Assembly (NCBI GenBank): GCA_965207375.1
Contig: CBDBMG010000002.1
Coordinates: forward strand, 640,001 to 704,000
DNA length: 64,000 nt
Origin: Nitrosopumilaceae archaeon
GTDB lineage: Archaea; Thermoproteota; Nitrososphaeria; Nitrososphaerales; Nitrosopumilaceae
Direction of reading: 5' to 3'
In this document: positions 60,303 to 64,000 of the stretch, piece by piece
How positions within the stretch are numbered: position 1 is the first letter of the stretch
Layout: the number at the start of each line of letters is the position of its first letter
Notes under the pieces: generated by a model
What the model saw: only the letters and a program-made list of their open reading frames with translations
What the model was told of the DNA's origin: nothing
Databases searched by the model: none
Translations under genes and position numbers: made by a program

Positions 60303-61335
60303 CTAGAATGATAAAAAATTAAAAATTTAAAAATAAGTAGGGATTGAATTTTGGATTCAGTAGTGCTACAAAAAGTAAGGAAACAAGGAATAAGATTTTG
60401 GGACGAGAGAACATTCTGGCATGAGATAATTTATAAAAGTTTAATCCCTACTTTTGGCAAACCTATAAAGTGAGCCAAAAGTAGGGATTAAACTTTTATA
60501 AATTATCTCATGCCAGAATGTTCTCTCGTCCCAAAATCTTATTCCTTGTTTCCTTACTTTTTGTAGCACTACTGAATCCAAAACTCAATCCCTACTTATT
60601 TTTAAATTTTTATCATTCTGGTTTGTTTACTTTTTATACATGCTAAGCATTTAATAATCTTTTAGCAGGCACTTACGTAATAATTATGCTTGTTTACAGG
60701 TGCTTGTTAACAACGCGCTTACATGGCAAAGCAGCTGTATGATAGCAAATAACGCTTGAAAAACAGCAAAAACTATTTGTCCAAGGCTATAATCCCGAAG
60801 TTCACGATGTAATAAAGTACACCCGAGTACATCGTGCCACTGTAACTAATTATATCACGTGCAAGCCAGGTTTTGTATGACACAATAAGCAGAAGCCGTT
60901 ACAGGCTATCGTCACCTTTGGTGAGATTCGCACCTTGCTAAAAAATATATAAAGAACAAGGAAAGGAATGAAGGATAAAGGGAATCACCATGGAGCAGTG
61001 GGTAAATCGTCTTCGGAATAACATTTTCGTAAATCTGCCACCATTACCTTTATTGTGTGAAATTTCTGGAGCCCTACACATAGCGCAACCTGGTCTTACG
61101 GCAGGCAGACAAAATACAGGTGAATTTCAAAATTTTCAAAGTTGGCTGTAGGTCGAAATATTCGACTTATCGTTTCGTTTAACCAAGGTACAGCATCATT
61201 ACAGCCTTACCAATGCATTCCAGCCGGTTTTTTCGGGTAAAGCCTATTGCAAGGTTGATTTTAAAGCACGAAATTTTCCCGAAGCCATACAATTTCCTAC
61301 CAATCCCTACTATTAAGTACTACCATACTTAATGA
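60303..61335 (-). mobile_element. Family A full copy
   Basis: Minus-strand A|TC...CTAG|T. Palindrome 60303-60621. Confidence 0.9.
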
Positions 61336-63254
61336 TATAAGCTTAGTTTGGCCTACAACCGGCCACACGGATGAGCACTTTGGCGTGGAACTTTTGATGC
61401 CAATAAGTTGTATAGTGGGGCGACCCTTGCTACTCTTTCCCATTCTATTCTATTCTTTTCGATCTTACTGGCTCCAAGCTGGTTTTTGCCCAGCTGGTAG
61501 CCAGCTGACTGTGATCAAAAACCAGCTATGGTAATGTATAAACTACATTATATAAGTGTGTGAGAGAGAGGTAGCTATGTGTGCCTTCATTGGAAGCATA
61601 AAACTATCTATCTATAAAGACCCTACTCGGCCCTACATTGATCTTGCTATGCTATACTCCTAAACCTAACAGCTAGCTATTCTATGCATAAAGCAGACTT
61701 CCATCGTAGCGAGTTCTTCTGCGTGTATAAAATAAAATCCCAACACGTGATCCATTACCTTCATGGGAGGTGTATGGTTAGGTAGTTTGATAATCAGGAT
61801 GCTGTCCATCATTCTAAAATCTTAAAGCTTGGCTGTTGACACTTTTTAAGTGCCTAATATATGTTAAGGTGTTTTTCAAATCGGAAAACTCCAAGTCTGG
61901 CATGGCACTTTTGTAGATAATAGTTTGTATGCTCTGGCGAGCCTTTCCACTATATTTCTTTCTTTTCTGTTTTTATTTTCATGAGTTTTCATTCGCATAC
62001 TCATCTGGGTTGTTACTTTAACATTTGTCAGCATTGGCTTATTAATTCTTTAATGCATGGTAATTTGTATTAGTCCATTTCGGACATTCTTCAAAACTTG
62101 ACTAGATTAGTGTTAGAGCTTTCATTATTCTTCGTTCCTCCTGCAGCATCTCATGAAGTTCCTAGCATCACTGTAAACTGGTCCGTTGGATGGTTCTTGA
62201 CAGTTTTCATGGAAAAACATGACTGCTGCAATGTTAACGCTGGATTTAAATTCAGGAGAGCAATATTTTTTGCTTTTTCTGTCGGCAGCAGTCAATACCA
62301 TATTAAAATGCTGGATTTGGGTAATATTGCTGGCAGCCTGTCATTCCTCAGATGATGGCTCCCAGTCCCCAAATTCTACTGAAGTTTGAATTATTCTCAT
62401 CCAATCATCATTTAGATATTTTGCAAATAATTCCACAGAATTTAATGGCAGTTTTCGTAATTTTAATAACTAGATAGGTATGGTTTGCTGTGTCTTCTAA
62501 GAAGAATGGCCTTTCTTATACAAGATAAACTTGCCCCTAATTATGGTGGCATGATTTAATTATCATTATTATTAGCATTAGAATATGCAATATCATTTAT
62601 AGGAAAAATACCACATTTTATGATATTTTAGAACATAAATATTAAGCAAAAAAGTAGAATTGTCATTTCTGGGAAGGCTTTAAAGATGAATTTGGGGTAC
62701 TTTCAATAACCCTTCAATTAACCAGTTAACTGTCAGTTATTCAGTGCCAGTTAACCAGTTATGAGAAATTGCTTAGATTCACAGCATTAACGAGTAAACA
62801 TTCTTTGTGTATTATCTATGGTGATACAACAGCTAACAAAGTTGGGTGTAAGCTCCTGCTCAAATGCAAGAAAAACAAAGGGATTTACTGCATCACAAAG
62901 AAACAAGATCTGACCCTCAAGGCCATTCAGCTGAGCAGCAGATAAATAATATGCGAAGGCAGCAGGCACGTGGTAGTAGACAAGCTACGTAGCCCTAAAC
63001 CGCTACATTATCAGGCAGACAATTTCTATAACACCACAAATATAGGTTCACTAAGTTTACTATATTCAAACTGTGGTACCTTAACATTTGATAACGAAAC
63101 TGATTCACTTTGTTGTTCAAAGGATAATGTCGAGATGGATGGCAATGAGGAGACCGAGTTTGATACTGGTGGTGACAAGGTTGGTTATGGTGATGAAGAT
63201 TATGAGGGATACAATAGTGATAACAACAGTATCTATGGTTCTTTCTGCAAAACA

Positions 63255-63975
63255 ATTACTGTTTTTGTTTGACTGTGAGACCACTGGTGGGAGCCACTAG
63301 AGTGATCACAACACATTGAAGTGCATCATTCCAGACAACGTATCTATCACTACAGTGGCCTTTGCTGCACATCTAAACATACATTCAGTTTTGGTAATTT
63401 TACATCTTGATTGAATAGTAGTGTAATGCTAATATTTTATCAAAGAAATGTGGCATCACAACACAAATGTTGTTTGGTCAGCCTCCTTTCTCAGTGGTGT
63501 TCAAGGAACTAATGTTGTGGATTAAAAGATATGTTGAGGAACCTCACAGAACTGATAAAGCTTATCGTCCTGGTAAAGTGTTAAAAATATTAATATGCAC
63601 AAAGTGTTACAGGTGCTTACTTACGTATTTAATAGTGCTAATTGCTCACAATGGCTTTGGATTTGATTTCCTCTTCTTGTTAGCAGAAAATATGTTGCCG
63701 GTTAGTCGATGCCTACAACATCGTTGACCTGTGATTTGCTGACACTTTATGTGAAGCTCAGAAAGTAATAGGGACTAGTATATCTTCAACATATTCCACT
63801 TATTTAAAAGATTGTGAAAGCTAACGATCCTATTTTCAATAACTGATACAGATAAGTAAAGCAACAGTCAGGGTTAGAGCACTTGTTCAATATGTGTTTT
63901 CCACGATCTTCTTACCAAGGTAAATCATTCAGGTTGCTTTTCATCCTGTAATGTGCTCTCCTGAGGGCTCACGAT
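63255..63975 (+). pseudogene. DEDDh (DnaQ-like) 3'-5' exonuclease relic with introns
   Basis: ExoI VFVFDCETTG, ExoII LIAHNGFGFDF, FADTL, with in-frame stops. Confidence 0.75.
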
Positions 63976-64000
63976 AACAGTCAGACATCAGATATTTTCA

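Noticed and set aside
61900-63000. Possible protease or transposase relics on the minus strand
   Set aside because: Too degraded; no motif I can support.

Overview
AT-rich eukaryotic (animal) genomic DNA with short spliceosomal introns. The repeat and gene style suggests a non-bilaterian such as a demosponge (inference only). The window is mostly nested transposons: LINE, CRE-clade and Ty3/Gypsy retroelements, CACTA, MULE, hAT and pogo transposase relics, one intact 857-aa Mutator-like transposase, and many MITEs. Host-gene pieces are PTPDC1-like (disabled), a NIF3L1 last exon and a CDK2AP1-like gene. The main find is a ~1.05-kb non-coding Helitron-type family (A|TC...CTAG|T, no TSD; 7 copies/fragments). 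It ends in a ~300-330-bp palindrome whose loop occurs in both orientations (flip/flop) and whose two arms share copy-specific mutations, the pattern expected from parvovirus-like hairpin-transfer replication. Also present are two RPA-like OB-fold genes and an STPR domain built from six tandem 69-nt exons. All calls were made by eye; no searches were run.
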